Assembly (NCBI GenBank): GCA_964543385.1
Contig: CAZIYE010000001.1
Coordinates: 486,755 to 550,754 of the forward strand
DNA: 64,000 bases
Source: an uncultured Candidatus Saccharibacteria bacterium
GTDB lineage: Bacteria > Patescibacteriota > UBA1384 > XYA2-FULL-43-10 > 1-14-0-10-43-13
Reading direction: 5' to 3'
Under the pieces are notes generated by a model. It searched no databases, was not told the origin of the DNA, and was given only the letters and a program-made list of their open reading frames with translations. This document shows positions 44,110 to 53,785 of the stretch, piece by piece; positions within the stretch are counted from its first letter, which is position 1, and every line of letters begins with the position of its first letter. Position numbers and translations under genes: made by a program.

Positions 44110-45165
44110 ATGGAAAAACAAATCAGAAAAAAGATAGAGGGCAAAACAATCTTAGTTACTGGAGGTACTGGTTCTTTCGGAGGGATTGTATCAAGAAGAC
44201 TTTTGACTATGAACCCCAAGAAAATTATTATTTTCAGCAGGGATGAGAAAAAACAATTTGACATGAGAAATGAGTTCAATAATCCATTGATTGATTTTAT
44301 TATTGGAGATGTCAGAGACAGGGAGAGTGTTGATAGGGCTATGCGCGAGGGAGTGGATTACGTTTTTCATGCTGCTGCCTTAAAACAAGTACCATCTTGC
44401 GAATTCTTTCCTATTGAAGCGGTCAAGACAAATATATTAGGAGCAAATAATGTTTTACAATCGGCAGTTGCTCATGGTGTAGAAAGAGTTGTTGTTTTAA
44501 GTACTGATAAGGCAGTTTATCCAATCAATGCCATGGGCATATCTAAGGCTATGATGGAAAAACTAATGGTTGGAACATCAAAAACATTATCAAATTCAAA
44601 GACAAGCACCTGCGGCACAAGATACGGCAATGTTATGTATTCGAGAGGATCGGTGCTTCCATTCTTTGTTAGTTTGATGGAAAAGGGTAAGAAACTAACG
44701 GTAACAGATGGCAAAATGACCAGATTTCTATTGCCCCTTTCATATGCGGTCGACCTTGTTCTATTTGGTCTGACTCACGGTGGTAATGGCCATACATATA
44801 TCAAAAAGGCGCCAGCTGCTGATATGGAAACTGTGGCCAAAGCAATGTGTGAACTCTTTGATTATGAGCCTGGTTACACCGAGGTTGGCATAAGAAATGG
44901 CGAGAAGATGCATGAAACTCTTGTTTCTCAAGAGGAAATGATGAGAGCGGTTGATCTCGGCGACTATTATGATATACCGCCAGAGAGCCAGGATTTAAAT
45001 TACAAGAAATATTTTACTTCCGGGCAGAAAATTGATCCTGAAAAAATTGAGCCTTACACATCAGGTAATGCCACTCAGCTCAATGTAGAGGAAACAAAAG
45101 AACTATTGCTTAAATTACCGGAAATTCAGCAGGATTTAGAAAGGCTAAAAAATGTCAGAAAGTAA
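44110..45165 (+). CDS. UDP-N-acetylglucosamine 4,6-dehydratase/5-epimerase (CapE/FnlA/WbjB/WbvB family)
   Basis: 'KTILVTGGTGSFGGIVSRRLL' and 'GDVRDRESVDRAMREGVDYVFHAAALKQVPSCEFFPIEAVKTNILGANNVLQSAVAHGVERVVVLSTDKAV' closely follow the CapE/FnlA pattern (SDR with the atypical M/K catalytic context). Confidence 0.8.
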   Translation: MEKQIRKKIEGKTILVTGGTGSFGGIVSRRLLTMNPKKIIIFSRDEKKQFDMRNEFNNPLIDFIIGDVRDRESVDRAMREGVDYVFHAAALKQVPSCEFFPIEAVKTNILGANNVLQSAVAHGVERVVVLSTDKAVYPINAMGISKAMMEKLMVGTSKTLSNSKTSTCGTRYGNVMYSRGSVLPFFVSLMEKGKKLTVTDGKMTRFLLPLSYAVDLVLFGLTHGGNGHTYIKKAPAADMETVAKAMCELFDYEPGYTEVGIRNGEKMHETLVSQEEMMRAVDLGDYYDIPPESQDLNYKKYFTSGQKIDPEKIEPYTSGNATQLNVEETKELLLKLPEIQQDLERLKNVRK

Positions 45166-46252
45166 GAAACCAAAAGTCATCACAGTTCTGGGAACTCGTC
45201 CTGAAATCATCCGACTAAGCCGAGTTATGGCTACACTGGATAAATTCTGTGATCACAAAGTTCTTCACACCGGCCAAAACTTTGACAAGACATTGAACGA
45301 TATATTCTTTGACGAACTTAAGGTCAGGAAGCCTGACTGTATCTTGGACTCAAAATCATCAGGACCTATGGGGCAAATAGGCATAATACTAGAGGGCTGT
45401 GAAAAGTATTTTCAGGAAGAAAAACCTGATGCCGTTCTTATCTTGGGCGATACAAATAGCGCTCTGTCAGCTATAGCGGCCAAGAGAATGGGTATACCAG
45501 TATTTCACATGGAGGCAGGAAACCGTTGTTATGACGATAGGGTTCCGGAGGAAGTAAACCGTCGCATAGTTGACCATTCAAGCGAAATATTATTGCCATA
45601 CACGGAACGAAGTAGAGCAAACCTTCTGAAAGAAGGTATTCTGGGCCAAAAAGTGTATGTTACAGGGAATCCTATTCTTGAAGTTTTGGATTTTTATAAA
45701 GAGCAGATTGACAGCAGCGATATCATTGAGAAATTAGGTCTTGAGGCAGGTAAATATTTTCTCGTTACTTTACATAGAGCGGAAAACGTAGATGTAGAAG
45801 AGAGACTCTCTGATTTTATAGAAGCTTTTAAAAAGACATACGAAAAATACAAAATGCCTATTGTTCTAAGTGTACATCCACGGACGAGATCTCAGCTAGA
45901 GAAGCAAAATAAATCCTTAAATGGCGATGGCATGATTGCACTAGAGCCAATGGGTCTATTCGATTTTGTAAATCTAGAAAAAAATGCTTTTTGTGCCCTT
46001 AGCGACAGTGGCACTGTTCAGGAAGAGTGTGCCATATTTGGCGTCCCAAATGTAACTTTGAGAGATGTGACAGAGAGGCCCGAAACAATCGAAGCTGGCA
46101 GTAATTTTATTGCCGGATGCAAACCAGAATCGATTCTTTTAGGAATTGAAGTTGCAACCAGCTCTAAGCTTAATTGGGAACCACCAAAAGAATATCTTGT
46201 TAGAAACGTTAGTGATATTGTTGCAAGAATCGTCTTGAGCTATTGGAAGTAA
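45152..46252 (+). CDS. UDP-N-acetylglucosamine 2-epimerase, non-hydrolysing family (WecB/FnlC/CapG/WbvD-like)
   Basis: 'KVITVLGTRPEIIRLSRVMATLDK...HTGQNFD' is the classic N-terminus. 'HMEAGNRCYDDRVPEEVNRRIVDHSSEILLPYTE' is the conserved catalytic region. Confidence 0.85.
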   Translation: MSESKKPKVITVLGTRPEIIRLSRVMATLDKFCDHKVLHTGQNFDKTLNDIFFDELKVRKPDCILDSKSSGPMGQIGIILEGCEKYFQEEKPDAVLILGDTNSALSAIAAKRMGIPVFHMEAGNRCYDDRVPEEVNRRIVDHSSEILLPYTERSRANLLKEGILGQKVYVTGNPILEVLDFYKEQIDSSDIIEKLGLEAGKYFLVTLHRAENVDVEERLSDFIEAFKKTYEKYKMPIVLSVHPRTRSQLEKQNKSLNGDGMIALEPMGLFDFVNLEKNAFCALSDSGTVQEECAIFGVPNVTLRDVTERPETIEAGSNFIAGCKPESILLGIEVATSSKLNWEPPKEYLVRNVSDIVARIVLSYWK

Positions 46253-46253
46253 A

Positions 46254-48272
46254 ATGATATTCCACCCAAAAGTATCCATCATAATTCCTGTCTATAACGG
46301 AAAGAACTATTTGCGTGAAGCTATTGATAGTGCACTTGCCCAGACGTACGATAATTTTGAGGTAGTAGTAGTAAATGACGGCTCTATCGACGACGGGGCA
46401 ACCGAGAAGATAGCTTTATCGTACGGAAGTAAAATACGCTATTTTAGTAAGCCAAATGGCGGAGTTTCCTCTGCGCTCAACCTTGGGATAAAGAATATGG
46501 AAGGGGAGTATTTTTCATGGCTAAGCCATGATGATGCTTATTTCAATGACAAAATTGAATCTCAAGTAGAATTTCTCTCCAAAGAAAAGAACAAGGAAGC
46601 GGTCATTTTTAGTGACTATGACCTGATGAACGAACATTCCAAAACTTTTGCAAGCGTTAAAGTAAAGGAATTTCCGGTTAATAAATTGAAACTAGAGCTG
46701 ATTCAGGCAAGTCCAATACACGGTTGTACTCTTTTGATAGCCAAATCATTATTTGCAAAAGCAGGTCTCTTTGATGAAAAACTACGTACATCACAGGATT
46801 ATGACTTATGGTTTAAAATGGCAGATTATACTGATTTTGTGCACTTAAAGAAAAAGTTAGTGAAGTCGAGAATCCATAGTGAGCAAGGTACCCAATCTCT
46901 TTCAGACGTTATGATAAGAGAATCAGAGTCTATGTACCAAAGAGAGGTAAAAAGATTATTCGTCGGTAACAAAGATTATTCTTCGCTTGAATTAATAAAA
47001 TGTGCTGATGGATTGATCAAAAAGTATTGTTTCAAATCCGCTGCCCTTGTAGTAAGTTATGTTCCCCTTAAGAGAATAAATCTCTTAGTCGCCAAAAAAT
47101 TACTTTCTTACGGTTTTGATTTATTGTTTTATAAAGCAATAGCCGTAAAACAAAAACTATTTCCAGTAAAGAAGAAACAAAAAACTATATTAATAATTAC
47201 TCCAGGATTTTATCCTTTACCTGGCGGACTTGCCGAGCAAAGCTATCTTCTTGGAAAAGAATTTGTCAGAAGAGGCTATAAGGTTGATATTCTGACTGAA
47301 AGACTCAAGAGCAATCTCGAAAAAAGGGAGATTATAGATGGTATGGATGTCTATAGAATGAGTCATATCAAAAAAAGAAATATTTTTGGCTTGTTAAAGT
47401 TATTTTTTGAGACCACTTTCTTTGTCATAAAAAACCGATCGAAATATTCATTTTGCATTATCAGAACCATCAGTCTGTATGCAGTAATAATTGGTTTCTT
47501 GAAATATATCAGAGTGGTTACATGTAAAACTTATATATCTGCTGAAACTGGCGGGGAGAATGATGAAATTAAAGAAATAGGAGATAGGCCCTTCTATAGA
47601 ATAATAGTTTTCTTTCTCAACAAAAATGATTATATCAATAGCAACAATAATGATAATACTAATCATTATCTCCAGATAGGGATTATCAAAGACAAGATAA
47701 CACTTATTTATAATGGCATAGATGTTGCCGGCTACAAAGAGTCTAGCTATCCCAAGGAAATAAATAATTTTGTTTTTCTGGCAGAACTCAACGTTGGCAA
47801 GGGGATAAAAGAGCTTCTCGAAGCCTTCAAAAAGCTGTTAGAGAGGTTTTCTGGCAAAAAACTATACATTGGTGGGTATGGTCAGATGGAGAACTATATA
47901 AAGGATTTCGTTAAGGAGAATAAATTAGAGAAAAATATTTTCTTCAAAGGATATATCAAGAAAGAAAATAAAAAATCATTTTTTGAAAAAGGCGATTGTT
48001 TCGTTTTTCCATCTTATTCGGAGGGTTTTGGTATAGTGACGGCTGAAGCCATAAAGTATAAAAGAGCCCTAATCACTACGAAGGTTGCGGATCTTGAGAA
48101 AATATATGGAAATCACGTTCTATATTGCGATATCAAAAATGTTGATATCTTGCTAGATATTATGACAAAGGCTATTACCGATTATGATCTTAATAAGATG
48201 AATTATGATAAGATAATCTCTAAGATTGATATTAGAACCACTACAGCAAAGATCGAAAAGCTATTTGTATAA
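46254..48272 (+). CDS. Bifunctional glycosyltransferase (N-terminal GT2 plus C-terminal GT4-like)
   Basis: The N-terminus 'VSIIIPVYNGKNYLREAIDSALAQTYDNFEVVVVNDGSIDDG' is canonical GT2. The C-terminal 'FVFPSYSEGFGIVTAEAIKYKRALITTKV' is the GT4 EX7E-type motif. Confidence 0.75.
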   Translation: MIFHPKVSIIIPVYNGKNYLREAIDSALAQTYDNFEVVVVNDGSIDDGATEKIALSYGSKIRYFSKPNGGVSSALNLGIKNMEGEYFSWLSHDDAYFNDKIESQVEFLSKEKNKEAVIFSDYDLMNEHSKTFASVKVKEFPVNKLKLELIQASPIHGCTLLIAKSLFAKAGLFDEKLRTSQDYDLWFKMADYTDFVHLKKKLVKSRIHSEQGTQSLSDVMIRESESMYQREVKRLFVGNKDYSSLELIKCADGLIKKYCFKSAALVVSYVPLKRINLLVAKKLLSYGFDLLFYKAIAVKQKLFPVKKKQKTILIITPGFYPLPGGLAEQSYLLGKEFVRRGYKVDILTERLKSNLEKREIIDGMDVYRMSHIKKRNIFGLLKLFFETTFFVIKNRSKYSFCIIRTISLYAVIIGFLKYIRVVTCKTYISAETGGENDEIKEIGDRPFYRIIVFFLNKNDYINSNNNDNTNHYLQIGIIKDKITLIYNGIDVAGYKESSYPKEINNFVFLAELNVGKGIKELLEAFKKLLERFSGKKLYIGGYGQMENYIKDFVKENKLEKNIFFKGYIKKENKKSFFEKGDCFVFPSYSEGFGIVTAEAIKYKRALITTKVADLEKIYGNHVLYCDIKNVDILLDIMTKAITDYDLNKMNYDKIISKIDIRTTTAKIEKLFV

Positions 48273-50228
48273 ACCCTTTTCAAAGATCTCTATATTATTA
48301 TCCTCCCAATATGGTTTGTAGGTGCTAAACTCTGAGGTCTTTTTAATTTTTTGAACCTCTTCAGTGTGTCTTTCTTTTGCTTCGGTTTGCTCTTGTGTAA
48401 AGGCGCGGAAGTTTTTATCAATAGCAGACGCTTGCTGTGAGAGGACGGGGTCAACCGTCATTAAATGTTTTTCTAGCACCACGAAACATATATCCTTTTT
48501 GCATGTCTCTTGCATCGCGCTCTCTGCAAGAATTTTTATTGTAATTTTGTCCGAGAGAACGCTTAAACGCTTGTCAGAGGCTATTATATTTACAGACGAT
48601 TCGGGCGATTTTTGGATGACATCTTTAATAATTTTATATGGTTCGGTGTAATACGGCCGGTAATAAATTGGTGGTTTGATAATGCCTACAATACCCATAA
48701 CGGCTATTATGGGCAGAATGATTTTCTTACCATCGATTCTTTTAGAGATAAGATAATCGATAATGAAGGCAAGACCGATTGAGGTTAAAAGCATCAAGTA
48801 CCAGCCGCTTCTGCCCCTATATGTGCTAATTTCTAAAACCCCCAATTGGGTCGATATACCAAAGACAAAGCTAAATACCGATATGGTAAAAAGAATCATA
48901 TTATTCTTTTTTATAGATAATGGTATGAGAATCAAAGATAGCGCAATCCATAAATAGGCACCGAGGGAGAATATATCGTTTGGTGGTCGAACATTTTTTA
49001 TCATGAACGCATTCCATGCGATATTAGACATTGGGGTTATGTATTGTATAAATATATCCTTTTGTTTGAGGTTTTTAATAAAATCATCTATTTTTGTTCT
49101 TGCAGAGTGATTTTGAGAAGTATTATTAGATGAAGAATCCACACCTTGATTATTGGAAGAAATAGCAGATGCCTGATAATTGTCTGTCTTGATTATTTCA
49201 CCGTTATCGAGATAGGTTAGCTCCATCGCCGGAAAGCTGGTTGCTCTTTTAAGCACTTTCGTTTGAAGATATACATGGCCAAACGCGATGGCAAATCCAA
49301 TGATGGAAATTATCATTATTGTTAGTAAATGGTTGACATAATTATTTTTTAAATACTTTTTGAAAAGCAGAGCAATTAGAAATAATACAACCAATGCCGG
49401 TAAATATTGAATGTATAGATAAGGCAATGTTAAAGATAAAGCAGCGGTGATAGTAGCAAAAACAACAAACAATTTTATTTGGGACACAATTTTTGAATTA
49501 TTGGCAATAATAAAAATTAGAGCAGGTAGAAATATAAAGGATAGTGAAGTCGAGAAAAATCCAATTTCTTGTAGAAAAAGCTGGTTGAATATTGGCAAGC
49601 AGAGAATCAGCAGGAGAATATATCGTGAATAGCGACTTATAAATGTTTCTTTTAATAATAAAAATAAAGAAATGGAGGTAATAACTCCTATCACTGGTCC
49701 TGCGAACCGGTATATCTCAGAGGTATTTGCAAAAAATGTTAATGGGAAAACAAAAAGATGAAATCCTGGGGCATATTGAGGAAAACTTAAGACCCCGTCC
49801 TTTATTAGATCTTTTAAAAATACCAGATGGTTATAAGTGTCAATTTCGCCCGGAGCAACAGTGGTAAACGAATCAGAGAATCGATTATAAATAATCACAC
49901 AGAAAAGGATAATCGGAACAATGCAAGCTATGATACTTTGCTTTTTGAATATGCTCCCTGATGAGCCCTTTGACTTTAAACGCCAAAACGACCAAATATT
50001 CGCTCCTAGTACTATTAGGATATAAACTAATGGATAATATTTAGTAAGCCCCAAACAATAAAATATGTAGCCAAATATTATTTGAAAAGATATTGAAACC
50101 GGAATAACAAATTTTGGCGCTAGTTTATTGCCTATTAATATATTCAGAGGAAGAAATAAGGCAAAACTACTAATTGTAAGAATAAATGCAATTCTGAAAA
50201 TTGCATTTAGGTCTGACCAGTCGATCAT
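48261..50228 (-). CDS. Large polytopic membrane protein (>=12 TM plus C-terminal soluble domain), possibly a GT-C-type glycosyltransferase or polymerase
   Basis: The N-terminal ~470 aa are hydrophobic helices throughout, followed by a ~180-aa hydrophilic C-terminus. It sits inside the glycan locus and shares a stop/start overlap with the downstream GT4. No diagnostic motif was identified. Confidence 0.45.
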   Translation of the reverse strand: MIDWSDLNAIFRIAFILTISSFALFLPLNILIGNKLAPKFVIPVSISFQIIFGYIFYCLGLTKYYPLVYILIVLGANIWSFWRLKSKGSSGSIFKKQSIIACIVPIILFCVIIYNRFSDSFTTVAPGEIDTYNHLVFLKDLIKDGVLSFPQYAPGFHLFVFPLTFFANTSEIYRFAGPVIGVITSISLFLLLKETFISRYSRYILLLILCLPIFNQLFLQEIGFFSTSLSFIFLPALIFIIANNSKIVSQIKLFVVFATITAALSLTLPYLYIQYLPALVVLFLIALLFKKYLKNNYVNHLLTIMIISIIGFAIAFGHVYLQTKVLKRATSFPAMELTYLDNGEIIKTDNYQASAISSNNQGVDSSSNNTSQNHSARTKIDDFIKNLKQKDIFIQYITPMSNIAWNAFMIKNVRPPNDIFSLGAYLWIALSLILIPLSIKKNNMILFTISVFSFVFGISTQLGVLEISTYRGRSGWYLMLLTSIGLAFIIDYLISKRIDGKKIILPIIAVMGIVGIIKPPIYYRPYYTEPYKIIKDVIQKSPESSVNIIASDKRLSVLSDKITIKILAESAMQETCKKDICFVVLEKHLMTVDPVLSQQASAIDKNFRAFTQEQTEAKERHTEEVQKIKKTSEFSTYKPYWEDNNIEIFEKGLYK

Positions 50229-51379
50229 CAGATAATCCCTTTGTAAATATTTATTATTGATTTAGTAATCACTGGCAATTCAAATAAGGACAGTATGCCA
50301 GAGCAGTTCTCAGATAATTTATATCTCATTTTGTATGTTAATTCTAGACTTAACGCACACTTTGCTGAGCTTTCCGTATCTTCCATGATAATTCCACAGC
50401 CGGCATTTTTTACTTGATCTGCTATGCCGATATTTTTAGATAAACAGCATGGCAGGCCGTGTTGTAATGCCTCCAATGTGGCGACTGAGAACGATTCATA
50501 ATCAGAAAAAAGTGCAAAGATGTCAGACCGGCCAAAAATTTCTTCCTTCTGTCTATCACTTACCATACCTGTGAATTCTATCTTATCGCTAATCTTTAAT
50601 TCTGCTGCCAACCCAACTAGTTTTACAAGGTTTCCATTTTCGTCAGGACCAGCTATCACGAGTCTATAAGAATCATCCCTTTTTAGGAGTTCGCCGAAGG
50701 CTTTGATTAGCTTATCGATTGCTTTGATAAAGCTAAGTCTTCCAAGATATAGGATAACTTTTTCATTCTTTTCTTTGATAATGTTTTTAGATTTTGTTTC
50801 ATAATGCTCAATCGGATTTGGCACCACTTCTATCTTTTTGCTTATATCGGGCAAGTATTGGCTCAATATATCTTTTTCTCGAGTGGAAACAACAATGATT
50901 TTTGCTGCATCCCTGAGAATATTTTTCCCAAAGAAAAAATTAAACATGACCTTAATTATTCTCTTCCCAAGTAGTGGGTGCGGTACTGGCATCTCATGAA
51001 GATGAATTATATAAGGGATTTTCTTGGTTTTACACAATCGGCGGATTACAATATTTTGGTATGTGAAAAAAGAATGGCAGTGGACCAAGTCATAATTAAC
51101 AATTTCCTTTTTTGCATAACCATAAAAGCCCAATGGAGTAAACACGTTATATCCATGCGTAAGGCTAGGAAGCAAATTCCTGAAACGTTTGACGGATATA
51201 TTGTCTAAGACTTCACACAATCTTGTGATCGGTTTATTCTGATCGGCAGCATCTGTGGTCCAGACCGTCACCTGATTACCTTCATTTATCAACTCTTTTG
51301 ATATCTGATAACAAACTTTTACAGGCCCACCAAAGCTCCAAGAGGGTGCAAAGTAAGGTATTACTTGTAGTATTTTCAT
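50228..51379 (-). CDS. Glycosyltransferase family 4 (GT-B)
   Basis: The likely start is 'MKILQVIPYFAPSWSFGGPVKVCYQISKELINEGNQVTVWTTD', the typical GT4 N-terminus. The C-terminus has 'FSVATLEALQHGLPCC'. The ORF-track start at 51436 adds 19 aa. Confidence 0.75.
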   Translation of the reverse strand: MKILQVIPYFAPSWSFGGPVKVCYQISKELINEGNQVTVWTTDAADQNKPITRLCEVLDNISVKRFRNLLPSLTHGYNVFTPLGFYGYAKKEIVNYDLVHCHSFFTYQNIVIRRLCKTKKIPYIIHLHEMPVPHPLLGKRIIKVMFNFFFGKNILRDAAKIIVVSTREKDILSQYLPDISKKIEVVPNPIEHYETKSKNIIKEKNEKVILYLGRLSFIKAIDKLIKAFGELLKRDDSYRLVIAGPDENGNLVKLVGLAAELKISDKIEFTGMVSDRQKEEIFGRSDIFALFSDYESFSVATLEALQHGLPCCLSKNIGIADQVKNAGCGIIMEDTESSAKCALSLELTYKMRYKLSENCSGILSLFELPVITKSIINIYKGII

Positions 51380-51448
51380 TCGACTGTGTATAATATTAAT
51401 ACTAATGAACCTATAATACATCAAATTTAATTTCACGAGTAGACCACA

Positions 51449-52633
51449 ATGAATATTTTATTTATCCACGAGACTGAATACATAAAGAAAGTTGTGTTTG
51501 AATTTCAGATAATTCCTGAAATTCTTGCATCAAGGGGGCACAATGTTTATATGGTTGATTACCCAATGTGCTGGGATAAAAAAGGACCTTTTGATATTGG
51601 ATCTTTCAAAACTCAATATTTGACTGACGTCAGAAAGGCAGGCAAGAAAAAAGGCATCACTCTCATCCGGCCAGGGATTATAAAAATTCCGATTATTAGC
51701 CGACTTATAGCCTTCGTTTCTTACTTTTTCGTTATCAGAGACGCTATTGTGAAATATAAAATTGATAAAATAGTCCTTTATTCTGCACCAACAAATGGGA
51801 TCCAAACAATTTTTTGGGCAAAAAGATACAAGATACCAGTGCATTTTCGTCTCTTGGACGTTTTGCATCAACTTGTTCCATCGAAACTCCTCTCATTGCC
51901 AACATATTTAATAGAAAGATATGTATACAAGAGAGTCTCTGAAATTACCGCCATCACCCCTATGCTAACAAAATATGCGATTGAGATGGGAGGGGATCCA
52001 AAAACAACAAGTTATCTTCCCTCGGGCTCAGATCTTGACCTTTTTTATCCTGAGGAAAAAGATATAGAACTTTTGAAAAAGTATGAGATAAAAACGACAG
52101 ACCAAGTCATCCTATTCGCAGGCACATTGTTTGATTTCTCTGGCCTGGATGTAATCATTAGATATATGGCTGAAAATAAGAATATAGCTGAAGATATAAA
52201 ATTTTTGATAGTGGGACATGGGCAGCAATCGGGATTATTGAAGAAACTGATAAAAGAAAATAATCTTGAGCAGAGAATAATTTTGACTGGATTTATAGAC
52301 TATGCGAAATTAGCGAAGTATATAAATTTAGCAGACGTCTGCATCAATCCTTTTCAGATTAATAAAATTACCAACATAATATTTCCAGGAAAGATTTATC
52401 AATATATGGCTTGTGAAAAGCCCGTAATAGCAACCAGACTAGCAGGGGTCATCGATATATTTCCAGATAATGCCGGCAAAAATAATATTTTTTACTTTGA
52501 CCTAAATAATCCAAAAGAATTTTTTGATATTGCTAAGAAAATAGGCAAAACAAAAATAAAGGATGTAAACCCTTCCCTGCAGGAGATTTCAAATATTCTT
52601 TATGAGAAACTTGAGAAACTAAAGCTATCTTAA
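51449..52633 (+). CDS. Glycosyltransferase family 4 (GT-B)
   Basis: The N-terminus is 'MNILFIHETEYIKKVVFEFQIIPEILASRGHNVYMV'. The C-terminal 'CINPFQINKITNIIFPGKIYQYMACEKPVIATRLAGV' is GT4-like. Confidence 0.8.
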   Translation: MNILFIHETEYIKKVVFEFQIIPEILASRGHNVYMVDYPMCWDKKGPFDIGSFKTQYLTDVRKAGKKKGITLIRPGIIKIPIISRLIAFVSYFFVIRDAIVKYKIDKIVLYSAPTNGIQTIFWAKRYKIPVHFRLLDVLHQLVPSKLLSLPTYLIERYVYKRVSEITAITPMLTKYAIEMGGDPKTTSYLPSGSDLDLFYPEEKDIELLKKYEIKTTDQVILFAGTLFDFSGLDVIIRYMAENKNIAEDIKFLIVGHGQQSGLLKKLIKENNLEQRIILTGFIDYAKLAKYINLADVCINPFQINKITNIIFPGKIYQYMACEKPVIATRLAGVIDIFPDNAGKNNIFYFDLNNPKEFFDIAKKIGKTKIKDVNPSLQEISNILYEKLEKLKLS

Positions 52634-52636
52634 TCT

Positions 52637-52969
52637 TTACTCTATATCTCTTAGGCCTAGCTTCATGACTAACTGATGGAGCTGTTGTTCTATTCTATTG
52701 GCCTTTGTATAAACTCGATATGTAATAAAAAGTAAAAAGACAAACGCTGCTCCAATAAAGGTATTTACTCCGTTGCCTTGCGATCCTACGAGCTGATTGA
52801 ATTTTTCGATCAGGGTTGGGAAGACTGAAAGTGTGATAACAGATCCCCATGTTATCAGCCAGAAAACAAACATTGTCAGACTCTCTTTTTCTTTGCGAAA
52901 ATCCAAAAAAGTTTTTGATATTACGATTAAGCCCAATGCAATTGATAGAACTTTAGCTAAAATTATCAT
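52637..52969 (-). CDS. DUF2304-like small membrane protein (typically paired with polyprenol-phosphate GT2)
   Basis: The 110-aa product has 3 TM. It overlaps the upstream GT2 by 4 nt (translational coupling), the arrangement typical of DUF2304. The family assignment is from memory. Confidence 0.55.
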   Translation of the reverse strand: MIILAKVLSIALGLIVISKTFLDFRKEKESLTMFVFWLITWGSVITLSVFPTLIEKFNQLVGSQGNGVNTFIGAAFVFLLFITYRVYTKANRIEQQLHQLVMKLGLRDIE

Positions 52970-53655
52970 TTTTTGCCTGTTATTTTAATGCTGATGATTT
53001 TTGTTAAAATGTTAACTGCATTTAACCAATTTTGACCGGTTGCCCTTGAGTAATCAGTATATATAACTTTAATCGGAACCTCAATCATTTTTAGGTTATT
53101 CCTTTTTATCTCGCCGATCATCTCGGAGCATATTTCATAGCCAATAGAATGAAAACACATTTTTCTGATAGCTTTTTTATCAAAAGCTCTCATTCCTGAT
53201 TGTGAGTCGGATGACCATTTATGAAAAACTATTACGGTAATAAAATTCATTACCCAGTTCCCGAATATCTTTATGAAGGGCATTCCCTTAGGACTTCTCA
53301 TTCTGGTTCCTATAACAACGTCTGCTCTTTTCTCTAGGATTGGGGATATAATCTTTTCAATGTCGTTGGGGCTGTGTTGGCCATCAGCATCGACTGTTAT
53401 GATAATATCGGCAGCCAATTTTTTGGCAGCTCCAAACCCTGTTTGTATTGCTGCACCTACACCTAAATTGATGATGTGATGCAATACGTGCTTAGTATTA
53501 CTTTTGGCTACATCATAAGTTTTGTCAGTAGAGCCATCATCAACGACTAAAGTGACTATCTCGTCGATACCTTTAATTTTTTTTGGTAGTCCTCTTAAGA
53601 CCTCACCAATCACTTTTTCCTCGTTATAAGCGGGGATTATTATCGCTAGTCTCAT
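52966..53655 (-). CDS. Polyprenol-phosphate glycosyltransferase (GT2; DPM1/ArnC/GtrB-like)
   Basis: 'MRLAIIIPAYNEEKVIGEVLRGLPKK...IVTLVVDDGSTDKT' and 'DADGQHSPNDIEKII' (DxD..Q) match the DPM1-like family. The 229-aa product lacks C-terminal TM, the soluble-type form often paired with DUF2304. Confidence 0.85.
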   Translation of the reverse strand: MRLAIIIPAYNEEKVIGEVLRGLPKKIKGIDEIVTLVVDDGSTDKTYDVAKSNTKHVLHHIINLGVGAAIQTGFGAAKKLAADIIITVDADGQHSPNDIEKIISPILEKRADVVIGTRMRSPKGMPFIKIFGNWVMNFITVIVFHKWSSDSQSGMRAFDKKAIRKMCFHSIGYEICSEMIGEIKRNNLKMIEVPIKVIYTDYSRATGQNWLNAVNILTKIISIKITGKK

Positions 53656-53785
53656 ATAGTTATATTTTCAGTTAAGTTTCAATATAAGGACAAGGTTCAT
53701 CCAAGAACCGATTGTCGCCGCAATCGTATCAAAAACAGTCATAATCAGCAAGGCGAAATTCTATTTTTGGCCTCTTTTTGATATT

